A stretch of DNA of 64,000 nt from Candidatus Thiothrix anitrata (GTDB taxonomy: Bacteria > Pseudomonadota > Gammaproteobacteria > Thiotrichales > Thiotrichaceae): positions 645,283-709,282 of the forward strand of contig NZ_CP072800.1 in assembly GCF_017901155.1 (NCBI RefSeq), written 5' to 3'. The position numbers and the translations under genes were made by a program. The number at the start of each line of letters is the position of its first letter. Position 1 is the stretch's first letter. Under the pieces are notes generated by a model, which searched no databases, had not been told where the DNA came from, and worked only from the letters and a program-made list of their open reading frames with translations. Shown piece by piece: positions 41,301 to 50,421 of this stretch.

Positions 41301-43228
41301 CTAAGGGTATCACCATCAACGTCGCTACCTTTCACCGTACTCACTGCCGTGGTGTTTTCCAAAACGGAAACGCTCGCGGTAGCGGCTAGGCTGGGAGCTT
41401 CATTGACGTTAACCAAGCTCACAGTTAAGGTCTGCTTTGCCGTCAATTTGCCGTCACTTACCGTCACTTGTACTAGGTAGCTGTTGTTTTTATCCGCATC
41501 CGCAGGCTTTTCATAATCCGGGGCACTAATGAACCGTAATACGCCCGTGTTGGCATTAATCACAAACTTGCTGCCATCGACTCCGCCGCTAATACTGTAG
41601 CTAAGGGTATCACCATCAACGTCGCTACCTTTCACCGTACTCACTGCCGTGGTGTTTTCCAAAACGGAAACGCTCGCGGTAGCGGCTAGGCTGGGAGCTT
41701 CATTGACGTTAACCAAGCTCACAGTTAAGGTCTGCTTTGCCGTCAATTTGCCGTCACTTACCGTCACTTGTACTAGGTAGCTGTTGTTTTTATCCGCATC
41801 CGCAGGCTTTTCATAATCCGGGGCACTAATGAACCGTAATACGCCCGTGTTGGCATTAATCACAAACTTGCTGCCATCGACTCCGCCGCTAATACTGTAG
41901 CTAAGGGTATCACCATCAACGTCGCTACCTTTCACCGTACTCACTGCCGTGGTGTTTTCCAAAACGGAAACGCTCGCGGTAGCGGCTAGGCTGGGAGCAT
42001 TGTTAGCGACAGGCCTGACGATCACACTTGTGGTGTCGTCTTCATTAGCATTGATATGGCGGTTGAAAGGCGTTGAATCCGGGTCTTCGTTGAATGCATA
42101 AATAATTTCACCGCTAGCGGTATAGCTTGAGGCAGCTCCTACTTTGGCACGTACCTTTAAAGTTTTCACACCGTTTGCGGGCATACCACCAACATTCCAC
42201 TCCCCTGTTGTCCTATTGTAAGCTCCGCCGGAGTCATCGCCGACCCAAGTGACACCCACGGGCCATTCCAAGCCCACCTGCACCAAACTGGTCGGAAGAT
42301 TGGTGGCATTAGCGACTGTCCATGTAAACTCAACCTCACTATTGTAAGCAGGCGTAGGTTTATTCACACTGGCCACCAAAGACAAATCCACTGGTGTCGA
42401 ATTGGTACTGGTAAGCCACTTAAACGCTGCCCCGGAGTCATACCCCGAATCGCCTGCATCAGCCATCGTTAGTTTCACATGGTAAACTTGCCCCGCCTGC
42501 AAACCTGTAATAGCAGTGGTCAAAGTCTTAGTAAAACCATCCAACTGCGAAACCACACTCCCTGTCCCGTTGCCATTATCAATAAAATACTGCGTATTCG
42601 ATAATTGGCACGCTGCACCATCGGCTTGAGAACCAGGCTTGCCACCATTCACATTATTAACCGCGATCGGTGTCTGGGTATTCGGCAACACCGCAGCATT
42701 GCGTGTACCTGTAATGCCTGGCCCAGTGATAAAAAGACCGAATGCATCGTTATACTGGCTGCACACGAATTCCGGGAATTCTTCCGAACCGAAGCTAAAA
42801 ATGAAATTCGCCCGATCCCCTTGCGGCACAATGTCGAACTCAAAGGCTACCGAATCAAACCGTGCATGAGGACTAATCGCCAATAAATCAGGGTCGCGGT
42901 AAATACCCTGAGGCGTATCGTAGCTATAATGCGAGCTGTTGTTGGGTGGAGCAAGACTAGCAACCCGTCCAGTCGTCAAAAAGACACCCGAATCAAAGCC
43001 CAACAAAGACTTCGCACCACTCACAAGCCCGTACTGTTCAAACGCCCCACGGGTAATTTGCGGATTATGAATGCTTAGTCCTGGTCCATCTAAGGCAGCG
43101 GCCATTTGCGCAGGTGTAACATTCGGATTAAAGGTCATCCCTGCACTGACCGTGCTACTCAAGCTGATGAGCAAGCAAGCGAAAAACGACCACAATAAGG
43201 TTTCCGTGCGGATTGTCTTTATTTTCAT
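38378..43228 (-). CDS. Giant secreted repetitive adhesin with DUF11, 7x cadherin-like and thrombospondin type-3 Ca-binding repeats
   Basis: The protein is 1616 aa from ATG 43228, which gives the signal peptide MKIKTIRTETLLWSFFACLLISLSSTVSAG. An N-terminal domain of about 230 aa is followed by a DUF11-like domain and 7 near-identical 100-aa repeats (APSLAATASVSVLENTTAVSTVKGSDVDGDTLSYSISGGVDGSKFVINANTGVLRFISAPDYEKPADADKNNSYLVQVTVSDGKLTAKQTLTVSLVNVNE). A partial BIg-like unit follows, then D-rich TSP3 repeats (DTDADGILD, DTDSDGIPDYRDPDDDGDG, DADDDGDG) and a C-terminal domain of about 350 aa. Confidence 0.85.
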   Translation of the reverse strand: MKIKTIRTETLLWSFFACLLISLSSTVSAGMTFNPNVTPAQMAAALDGPGLSIHNPQITRGAFEQYGLVSGAKSLLGFDSGVFLTTGRVASLAPPNNSSHYSYDTPQGIYRDPDLLAISPHARFDSVAFEFDIVPQGDRANFIFSFGSEEFPEFVCSQYNDAFGLFITGPGITGTRNAAVLPNTQTPIAVNNVNGGKPGSQADGAACQLSNTQYFIDNGNGTGSVVSQLDGFTKTLTTAITGLQAGQVYHVKLTMADAGDSGYDSGAAFKWLTSTNSTPVDLSLVASVNKPTPAYNSEVEFTWTVANATNLPTSLVQVGLEWPVGVTWVGDDSGGAYNRTTGEWNVGGMPANGVKTLKVRAKVGAASSYTASGEIIYAFNEDPDSTPFNRHINANEDDTTSVIVRPVANNAPSLAATASVSVLENTTAVSTVKGSDVDGDTLSYSISGGVDGSKFVINANTGVLRFISAPDYEKPADADKNNSYLVQVTVSDGKLTAKQTLTVSLVNVNEAPSLAATASVSVLENTTAVSTVKGSDVDGDTLSYSISGGVDGSKFVINANTGVLRFISAPDYEKPADADKNNSYLVQVTVSDGKLTAKQTLTVSLVNVNEAPSLAATASVSVLENTTAVSTVKGSDVDGDTLSYSISGGVDGSKFVINANTGVLRFISAPDYEKPADADKNNSYLVQVTVSDGKLTAKQTLTVSLVNVNEAPSLAATASVSVLENTTAVSTVKGSDVDGDTLSYSISGGVDGSKFVINANTGVLRFISAPDYEKPADADKNNSYLVQVTVSDGKLTAKQTLTVSLVNVNEAPSLAATASVSVLENTTAVSTVKGSDVDGDTLSYSISGGVDGSKFVINANTGVLRFISAPDYEKPADADKNNSYLVQVTVSDGKLTAKQTLTVSLVNVNEAPSLAATASVSVLENTTAVSTVKGSDVDGDTLSYSISGGADGSKFVIDASTGVLRFISAPDYEKPADADKNNSYLVQVTVSDGKLTAKQTLTVSLVNVNEAPSLAATASVSVLENTTAVSTVKGSDVDGDTLSYSISGGVDGSKFVINANTGVLRFISAPDYEKPADADKNNSYLVQVTVSDGKLTAKQSINVTVTDDTTENALPVILPGSNAATHTQSYVENTSNLLVLDYDATDADGDIEGNGLTWLITGGEDKWAFTMHPAKGWLEFTGVPDFERPLDVDKKNTYEVQVTVCDSKGGCTTQKLTVKITDVPEDTDADGILDQYEIESGTVDPFSNGKDTDSDGIPDYRDPDDDGDGILTQHEMADSNGDGNPADARNTDSDDKPDYLDADDDGDGKLTSTERADPNGDGNPSDAIDSDDDGISNYLDNNDEPSVHLSMRAYLQGAYNAQTALMNNQLFTKGYVPKPQPFNKLVTSFGYTVFEGIPPFNYHGDERISDSVAAMTAENAPVDWVLLELREVANPARRVAGKAALLQRDGDVINAATGSTNIVFRGVAPGSYYVVLRHRNHIGLMTAMPLSLGETAVPLDFTKPTYPVYGENQRYLVDDKAFLWAGDSNNSNSVVGSGPGSDTNIMLGAILIAPENTLVTTHFRMAGYYATDLNLDGLTVFSGPSNDLNILLGNIMVHPVNTDANANFVIYGAVPR
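39931..41998 (-). repeat. Tandem array of 6.9 x 300-bp near-identical coding repeats inside the adhesin gene
   Basis: The period is exactly 300 bp (TCTGCTTTGCCGTCAATTTGCCGTCACTTACCGTCACTTG recurs at 39931, 40231, 40531, 40831, 41131, 41431 and 41731). Copies differ by 0-6 substitutions. The copy at 40231 is the divergent one. Confidence 0.9.
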
Positions 43229-43438
43229 AGCCCAGTTCTTTTGATTATTATGGTGTGACGTGCCCCGGCACAACACCTGTAACGCCAATGTTACTGTATT
43301 AAACCGTTACTTTTCCACTTTAAGTACGCCGCTTGTCTGATAGTACCGTTAGCGGGTGTTGTGAAGCTGATTTTATCCGCATAATCAATCTTACCCAAAC
43401 TAACCAATCATAATAACAATAACGCACAGGGTACTTGC

Positions 43439-44689
43439 ATGTTCAGACACTACGTTGCCGCAGTCACACTGCTACTGGGAAGTTTGATGTTACCTCAGTC
43501 GGTCGTAGCGAATGTACCCGCTTGGGAATCATGGCGACCCATCTATACGCCACAACCTTACGTACAACCCTATCAACAACAACGAAGGGAATATGCGCCG
43601 CCACGTCAAGGCAATCCGATTTATCGCCAAACAGCCTACCGCCCCCACACCTCCTTCGACAGATCACTTGAATGTGGTTACGCGCAAGCATTACAACTCC
43701 CCGATCAATGTATTCATAAAAATGCCCATACCCGTCATGGCTTGGAAACACTGGTGAATTACCTAAAACGCGTACCACCAGCACAAAAAGCGGGCATTGG
43801 CTGGGTCAATATTTCCAATGCAGCACTGTTGGAAACTGTAAACGAACTACTAAACTGGCACGAAGGGATAACACCCGGCACCCTCCGTGAGCGTTTCTCA
43901 ATGCGTGAAATCAGCACATGGCGCGGCGATGCCAAGGCACAATACACGGGTTATTTCACTCCTTTTCTTGAAGTGCGCCATCATCCTAACAGTGAATTTC
44001 GCATTCCTATTTACCGCAAACCCAACGGCACATTAGCGCAATTGAGCCATGCGGATATTGCCCGGCGAGCGTTAAACGGCAGAGGGCTGGAAATTGCTTG
44101 GACGAATGATCTAGCTAATTTATTTTTTGCACAGGTGCAAGGCTCCGGAATTGCACGCTATCCCGATGGCAAAGAAATGCTGCTGGAATACGGCGGAGAT
44201 AATGGCAAAACGTTCAGCAGTATTGCCCACTACATGAAGCAACGCGGCATCAAACTGCGTAATTACGGCAATGAAGCCATCCGTGATTGGTTGCGGGCTA
44301 ATCCACAACGCGCTGGAGAAATCATTACCTCCAATCCACGTTACGTCTTTTTTAAATTGACGACAGGGTTACCCACCACGGCCTCAGGCACACGTGTGAT
44401 TCCGGGGCATACGGTCGCGGTGGATCGTAATTACATCCCTCTAGGTGCGGTTTTACTGGCAGAAGTGCCACGCATTGACGCAAATGGGCGCGAAGTTGGG
44501 CGGGATTGGCGGCTATTATTTGCACAAGACCAAGGTGGTGACATCAAAGGTGCAGGACGTTTAGACCTTTATACCGGCTTTGGGCGACATGCGGAAAACA
44601 TTGCACACAGCGTTACTGGCTTCCGCAAAGCCTATATGCTGGTGCGAAAACCAGGTTATGGGCGCAACACCAACATTGCTAATCGCTGA
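43439..44689 (+). CDS. mltA: Membrane-bound lytic murein transglycosylase A (MltA family), paralog 1
   Basis: A signal peptide is present, with an MltA domain (GRGLEIAWTNDLANLFFAQVQGSGIARYPDGK) and a 3D domain at the C-terminus. Confidence 0.8.
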   Translation: MFRHYVAAVTLLLGSLMLPQSVVANVPAWESWRPIYTPQPYVQPYQQQRREYAPPRQGNPIYRQTAYRPHTSFDRSLECGYAQALQLPDQCIHKNAHTRHGLETLVNYLKRVPPAQKAGIGWVNISNAALLETVNELLNWHEGITPGTLRERFSMREISTWRGDAKAQYTGYFTPFLEVRHHPNSEFRIPIYRKPNGTLAQLSHADIARRALNGRGLEIAWTNDLANLFFAQVQGSGIARYPDGKEMLLEYGGDNGKTFSSIAHYMKQRGIKLRNYGNEAIRDWLRANPQRAGEIITSNPRYVFFKLTTGLPTTASGTRVIPGHTVAVDRNYIPLGAVLLAEVPRIDANGREVGRDWRLLFAQDQGGDIKGAGRLDLYTGFGRHAENIAHSVTGFRKAYMLVRKPGYGRNTNIANR

Positions 44690-44771
44690 ATTCCTGCAAT
44701 TTGGTAGGCAAAGCGATAATTTACGCATAGAATCAATCCCGAAACTGTCAGTCATAAAATGTTGAGGGCTT

Positions 44772-45872
44772 GTGATGCAACGGAAGATTAGGCTAACCAT
44801 CGGGCTATGGTTATTAGTTGCTTGTTGCGCGGTAAACGCCACGGAAAATACTCCAAAACCCGTCAATTGCGAGGTGCAGATTCGCGGTTCCAGCTTAGAT
44901 TTGGACGAAGCCTGCATCCGCAAAACTCCAGAGTTACGCCGCGCCTTGGTCGACATGGCCGTTTATTTACAATCCACTGATGCCAATAAACTCACCGCAC
45001 CCGGCTATCACGGACCGATGGATAAACAACGCCTGATTAAAACCGTAGAGCAGTTGGTCGCTTGGTTGGACAGCGAACCAAACACCCAACAACCGATTGG
45101 GAAACAGTTCGATTTTTATGCCCTCGGCGATCCACAGGATAAACGTCCGGTACAATACGGTGGGTATTTCACCCCGCAATTGGGCGTACAAGCCCACGAG
45201 TCAGCGGAATACCGCTACCCGGTTTACACCAAACCCAAAGGCGATGCCGCACTTCCTTCACGTCGTGAAATCATGCAGGGTGCGCTGAAAGGTAAAGGTT
45301 TGGAAATTGCTTGGACTAACGACCCGATTGGTTACTACTTCATGCAAGTACAGGGGTCAGGACTCATGCGTTTCCCCGACGGTAAAACCCAGTTGCTAGG
45401 GTTTGCCGGTAAAAATGCACACCCTTACACCAGTATCGGGCGTTATATGCAAGACAAAGGGTATTTACGCACTGACAACTTATCAAATACCGCAGTACGC
45501 CAATGGTTGAAACTAAATCCCGATAAATTGGACGAAGTATTGGGAGCGAATCCATCGTTTGTGTTTTTCCGCCCGGTGAAAGACGTGGTACGCAGCGCAT
45601 CAACCTTACCGGTGATTGCAGGACACACTGCTTCAGTCGATAACCGCATGATTCCTTTCGGTTCGGTTTTATTAGTCGAGCTACCGATACGTGACAACAA
45701 CGGTAAAATCGTGCAACATGAGTGGCGGTTATTGCTGGCCAGTGATCGCCGCTCAGATGATCGTGGCGTTGTCCGCATTGGGATTTACACGGGTGAGGGG
45801 GAAGCAGGCCGCTTAGAGGCTCAACGTTTTTTCCCGGCAGGGAGGGCTTTCCTGCTACAAAGCGGTTCGTAA
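44772..45872 (+). CDS. Lytic murein transglycosylase A family protein, paralog 2
   Basis: GKGLEIAWTNDPIGYYFMQVQGSGLMRFPDGKTQLLGFAGKN has the same architecture as the upstream gene. A signal peptide is present. Confidence 0.8.
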   Translation: MMQRKIRLTIGLWLLVACCAVNATENTPKPVNCEVQIRGSSLDLDEACIRKTPELRRALVDMAVYLQSTDANKLTAPGYHGPMDKQRLIKTVEQLVAWLDSEPNTQQPIGKQFDFYALGDPQDKRPVQYGGYFTPQLGVQAHESAEYRYPVYTKPKGDAALPSRREIMQGALKGKGLEIAWTNDPIGYYFMQVQGSGLMRFPDGKTQLLGFAGKNAHPYTSIGRYMQDKGYLRTDNLSNTAVRQWLKLNPDKLDEVLGANPSFVFFRPVKDVVRSASTLPVIAGHTASVDNRMIPFGSVLLVELPIRDNNGKIVQHEWRLLLASDRRSDDRGVVRIGIYTGEGEAGRLEAQRFFPAGRAFLLQSGS

Positions 45873-45908
45873 CCGCACATAACAAACAAAACGCATAGGG
45901 GGCTACTC

Positions 45909-47138
45909 ATGTTGAGTTACATAGACTGGATTATTATCTTAATCGCACTGATCGCTATGGGGATTGCGTTGCTGCTATTTTTCCTCCCCGCTAGTGACAA
46001 CAGCGCGCAAACTGCATTGCGTGATCTGCGCTTGCAAGCCGAAAAAGACCGTAAACGCATTGCTGACGTGCTGGAAGTGACCCAACACGGCGCGAAAGAT
46101 GCAGAAAATTTGGTGCATAAATTACGTAGCCAAGTCGATGACATTAGCCACAACCATCAAACCAGCCAAGCCAAAATCGAGCAGGCTGAGCATATTATTG
46201 AACGGGTGCGGGCGGCTGAACACGAGATGCGTGATATTTCCACCCAACTAGGTGAACGTTTACAACATTTACAAAGCTACTGGGATGAACAACTTGGCGA
46301 CTCCATCGAGAGCGTACAGCGCATCAAAAGTAAGCTCAAAGAAGGTTTAGAGCATGTTGATGACAGCCTGTTCCGCTTGCGTGATCAAGAAAAAATGGCG
46401 CAGGGCTTCACCCGTAAGTTAATTGAGCACCATCAGGAACAAGTACAAAACCAACAAGAAAACTCACGTTTATCGGCAGCAGTACATACCCGTTTAGAAG
46501 ACATGTTGAAAGAATCTGGTCATTTACTGGAGAAAATGCAGCGTTACCAGCAAGATGCTGACGCAGTATTCAATAGCTTCAGCCAAGAAATGTCCGGTTT
46601 GGAAAGCCAAGCGAGTGAACACTTCACGGGTGTATTCCAAACCACTGATCAAGCCCGCACTGAATTGCTGGCAGGATTGGATGAAAGCCGCCAGCTCTTG
46701 AGTGAAATGCGCTTACGCGAGGCACAAAGCGATGATCTGACGCGCCGCGTTATCCAGCAATTCGAGCAAATTGATCACTTACGGGTCGAGCGTATCAGCA
46801 AAACACTGGATCTAACCGACCAGATTTCTACCGATTTGCATAACGGTGTCACCAGTGCACGCCAAATGCTGGCAACCCTAGAACGTGCTGTGTCTGATGT
46901 TTCTGCGACCTTGACGGATAACCCCACACCCGTAGCGACCAAACCGTTGCATATTGCCAGCGTGGAACCATTGATAACGGCTGCACCAGTGCATACCGAC
47001 AAGAGCGTCAGCAATATCCATAACGTTACCGACGACAAAGCACTACTGGACGTTTTGAGTGACCTAACGCCGGTGGAACTTACTGATAGCACGGAGGATA
47101 TGCAGCGTAATCTGGTATCATTACGTGCATATCGCTAA
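45909..47138 (+). CDS. Membrane-anchored coiled-coil protein (hypothetical)
   Basis: An N-terminal TM (IIILIALIAMGIALLLFFL) is followed by about 330 aa of Q/E/R-rich heptad-like coiled coil and a Thr/Val-rich C-terminal tail. Confidence 0.55.
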   Translation: MLSYIDWIIILIALIAMGIALLLFFLPASDNSAQTALRDLRLQAEKDRKRIADVLEVTQHGAKDAENLVHKLRSQVDDISHNHQTSQAKIEQAEHIIERVRAAEHEMRDISTQLGERLQHLQSYWDEQLGDSIESVQRIKSKLKEGLEHVDDSLFRLRDQEKMAQGFTRKLIEHHQEQVQNQQENSRLSAAVHTRLEDMLKESGHLLEKMQRYQQDADAVFNSFSQEMSGLESQASEHFTGVFQTTDQARTELLAGLDESRQLLSEMRLREAQSDDLTRRVIQQFEQIDHLRVERISKTLDLTDQISTDLHNGVTSARQMLATLERAVSDVSATLTDNPTPVATKPLHIASVEPLITAAPVHTDKSVSNIHNVTDDKALLDVLSDLTPVELTDSTEDMQRNLVSLRAYR

Positions 47139-47255
47139 TCCAAAGCACTTTCATACGTTCAATCTGGACAGAAAGTGGTTTGATACTTGAGTTTTCGGTG
47201 GCCTACTTCTACGCTAGACACTTATCCACCAGCTATTACCATGAGGGGAGCACGT

Positions 47256-48716
47256 ATGCTGAATTGGCGCATCACCACCTTGACTGTTTTGTCCATCTCA
47301 CTGGCTGCTTGCAGCTCTCAACCTGCACCACAAAGTGCAGCATCGGCTCAAAGCAACTACAGTGATGATGTGTTGCAATCGTCACCTGCGAATCCGAGTC
47401 GATCTAATCGTACACAATACACTCCTCCATCTAGCGTAGTACAGCGGCCTACACGTCTTGCCTCAGCGGGCGGTGATAAAACTTTTCGGGGAGCGGGTCG
47501 GTTAAACCGCTTACCGGACAGCATTGCTCACAGTTTGCGGTTACGTGGTTTATCCGAACAGAATATGGGCGCGTACATCCGCCCCGTTAATGGCGGTCAG
47601 CCGCTATTAACCGCGTATGCAGACACACCGCGCAACCCTGCCTCCACCATGAAACTGGTAACCACTTATTCAGCCTTAGGTGTCTTGGGGCCGGATTATC
47701 GCTGGCCTACCGAAATTTACACCGCAGGTAATCTTGCTGGCGACACCTTGCAAGGTGACGTGATTATCAAAGGTTATGGCAACCCCGACTTTCGTGAGGG
47801 TGATTTCCGCCAATTACTGCAAGCGTTACGTGCTCGTGGGATACGCAATATCGCGGGTAACTTTATTATCGACAAAACTTATTTCAACGTACCGAATCAA
47901 GGCAGTATTGATGGTAAAGACGGCGCATCCTACAACGCCCTTCCCGAAGCACTGCTCTACAACGAACGCGGCAGTTGTTACGAAGTACGTGGCAAAGCCG
48001 GACAAATTCAACGCATTTGTCCGATTGCCCCGCGCAACAGTAATGAGCTGAACGTAAACTTGTTTGGTGATTTCTGGCGTATCTGGGTGGGTGAAATGGG
48101 TGGTCATTTAGCTGGTGGGTTGCGTATTGCAGGACTACCGGGCGGCGCACAATTGGTGCACACTCACCACTCAACACCACTGCGAAATGTGATTGCAGAA
48201 ATCAACAAAGACAGCAATAACGTGATGGCGCGTCAACTACTGTTGAGCATGGGCGCGAAACAACACGGCGCACCGGGAACCACTCAAAAAGGTGCGTCAG
48301 CCGTTGGACAATTCCTCGAAAGTCGCGGCTTACGCTTCAGCAATTTACGCATTGACAATGGTTCCGGCTTAAGCCGCTCCGAGCGCATTTCCGCACGTGA
48401 AATGGGTGAGATGTTAGTCGATATTTACAATAGTCCTTACCGTCATGAATTGATGTCATCAATGGCAGTACTGGGCGTGGATGGCACGGTGAAAAACCGC
48501 ATGAAAAACCTCACGGGGCGCGGCAAGTTCAAGACCGGCACACTGCGTGACGTGCGTGCACTGGCCGGTTATTTGACGGCTGCTAACGGGCAACCTTACG
48601 TCATTTCGATTTTACACAACGATGCCAATATTCGTGCATCAGCTAAAGCAGCGCACGATGATTTGGTTGAGTGGGTCTATTACGGTGGGCAAAATAACGT
48701 TGCCAGCGCACGTTAA
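47256..48716 (+). CDS. dacB: D-alanyl-D-alanine carboxypeptidase/endopeptidase PBP4 (S13)
   Basis: [13 protein letters not shown] holds the SxxK motif. SNN and KTG-like motifs are present (DGSGLSR; KTGTL). The start was moved to ATG 47256 (RBS GAGGGGAG), giving the lipoprotein-like signal [19 protein letters not shown]. Confidence 0.8.
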   Translation: MLNWRITTLTVLSISLAACSSQPAPQSAASAQSNYSDDVLQSSPANPSRSNRTQYTPPSSVVQRPTRLASAGGDKTFRGAGRLNRLPDSIAHSLRLRGLSEQNMGAYIRPVNGGQPLLTAYADTPRNPASTMKLVTTYSALGVLGPDYRWPTEIYTAGNLAGDTLQGDVIIKGYGNPDFREGDFRQLLQALRARGIRNIAGNFIIDKTYFNVPNQGSIDGKDGASYNALPEALLYNERGSCYEVRGKAGQIQRICPIAPRNSNELNVNLFGDFWRIWVGEMGGHLAGGLRIAGLPGGAQLVHTHHSTPLRNVIAEINKDSNNVMARQLLLSMGAKQHGAPGTTQKGASAVGQFLESRGLRFSNLRIDNGSGLSRSERISAREMGEMLVDIYNSPYRHELMSSMAVLGVDGTVKNRMKNLTGRGKFKTGTLRDVRALAGYLTAANGQPYVISILHNDANIRASAKAAHDDLVEWVYYGGQNNVASAR

Positions 48717-50029
48717 TTAATTACTTCTGCCCAAAGGTCGTGTTCATCCGCATGGGTGACACGCACCTTAACAAACTCACCCACTGGCAACTCCACGCCT
48801 TCGATGACCACTTGTCCGTCAATTTCTGGTGCGTCGCGGTAACTGCGGGCAAGGCTTTGCCCATCTTCCGCATCGTCAACGAGAACCGTCAGGGTTTTAC
48901 CAATCATCCGACTGAGTTTCGCAGCACTGATCTCTGCCTGTACTTCCATGAAACGCTCTAAACGCTCTTCTTTCACGTCTTCAGGGACTGCCCCTTCCAG
49001 CGCGTTAGCAGGCGCACCCTCGACGGCTGAATAGGTGAATGCCCCTACGCGGTCAAGTTCGGCTTCTTGCAGGAAATCCAGTAAGGTTTCAAAGTCATCG
49101 TCGGTTTCGCCGGGGAAGCCAACGATAAAGGTACTGCGCACCGCAATATCCGGGCAGACATCGCGCCATTTACCCAAGCGTTCCAGCACTTTTTCCGCAT
49201 GAGCCGGACGGCGCATATTTTTCAGGACGCTGGGGCTGGCGTGTTGGAACGGAATGTCCAAATACGGCAGGATTTTACCGTCTGCCATCAACGGCAGCAG
49301 GTTATCGACGTGCGGATACGGGTAAACGTAATGCAAGCGCACCCACACACCCATATCACCCAACGCTTCCGCCAATTGCTGCGAATGGGTTTTAATCGGG
49401 CGACCTTGCCAGAAACCGGTGCGGTATTTCACATCAATCCCGTAAGCACTGGTGTCTTGCGAAATCACCAGCAATTCTCTCACCCCGGCATTCACCAGAT
49501 TTTCGGCTTCCTGCAACACATCCCCAATCGGGCGCGACACCAAGTCACCGCGTAACGACGGAATAATGCAGAACGAACAACGGTGATTACAGCCTTCTGA
49601 AATCTTCAGGTAAGCGTAATGACGCGGGGTTAAACGCACCCCTTGCGGTGGCACAAGGCTGGTGTAGGGGTCATGCAATGGCGGTAAATGGGTATGCACC
49701 GATTGCATCACCGCTTCATAGGCATGAGGCCCAGTGACGGCTAACACATTGGGGTAAGCGTCCAGCACTTTATCCGCATTCGCGCCCAGACAGCCGGTGA
49801 CAATCACTTTGCCGTTTTCGTCTAAGGCTTCACCAATCGCTTCCAACGATTCGGCAACGGCGGAATCAATAAAACCGCAGGTATTCACCACCACTAAATC
49901 AGCTTCGTCATAACTACCGCTAATGGTGTAGCCTTCCGCACGGAGTTGGGTCAGGATGCGTTCGGAATCCACCAAAGCTTTCGGGCAACCGAGGCTCACG
50001 AAACCGACACGGGGTTGAGATTGTTTCAT
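48713..50029 (-). CDS. rimO: Ribosomal protein S12 methylthiotransferase RimO
   Basis: An MTTase N-terminus ([18 protein letters not shown]), the radical-SAM CxxxCxxC (CNHRCSFC) and a TRAM domain are present. The start was moved to ATG 50029 (MKQSQPRV). Confidence 0.9.
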   Translation of the reverse strand: MKQSQPRVGFVSLGCPKALVDSERILTQLRAEGYTISGSYDEADLVVVNTCGFIDSAVAESLEAIGEALDENGKVIVTGCLGANADKVLDAYPNVLAVTGPHAYEAVMQSVHTHLPPLHDPYTSLVPPQGVRLTPRHYAYLKISEGCNHRCSFCIIPSLRGDLVSRPIGDVLQEAENLVNAGVRELLVISQDTSAYGIDVKYRTGFWQGRPIKTHSQQLAEALGDMGVWVRLHYVYPYPHVDNLLPLMADGKILPYLDIPFQHASPSVLKNMRRPAHAEKVLERLGKWRDVCPDIAVRSTFIVGFPGETDDDFETLLDFLQEAELDRVGAFTYSAVEGAPANALEGAVPEDVKEERLERFMEVQAEISAAKLSRMIGKTLTVLVDDAEDGQSLARSYRDAPEIDGQVVIEGVELPVGEFVKVRVTHADEHDLWAEVIN

Positions 50030-50421
50030 AAGTTGACTAGAACTGGGTAACAACAAAGCGCGGCATTGTAACTGATTTACCCTGTTTGTGCTGCTGCAAA
50101 TGCGTAACACACAACATCTTGTGTCAAGGTTTTTCCACAGCGATAAATGTTATACACACACGACACTTAACCATCACACACAAGTTTCAAAACTGCACCA
50201 ACTTGTCAATACCCTAACAAAAATAAACCAACCTATTGATTATAAAGAAAAATAACTTTGACTATTTTTTAGTCATTCTGCGGAGAACCCTTTAAAAACA
50301 AGACTTGGCGTATCCTATTCACAAAACAATCCACACAGTTATCCACAGGCTCTGGGGATAACATGAATAACTGCATGATTACACAATGATTAAAACACTA
50401 GGATACGCCCTTATGGAATTC

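Noticed and set aside
39931-41998. A regular 300-bp repeat array that could be taken for a CRISPR- or satellite-like feature.
   Set aside because: The repeats are in-frame coding modules of the adhesin. There are no short spacers or unique inserts, and the period is 300 bp rather than 60-70 bp.
43229-43288. The upstream in-frame ATG (43288) for the adhesin, giving MALQVLCRGTSHHNNQKNWA-MKIK...
   Set aside because: The extension destroys the otherwise textbook signal peptide, so the internal ATG 43228 was preferred.
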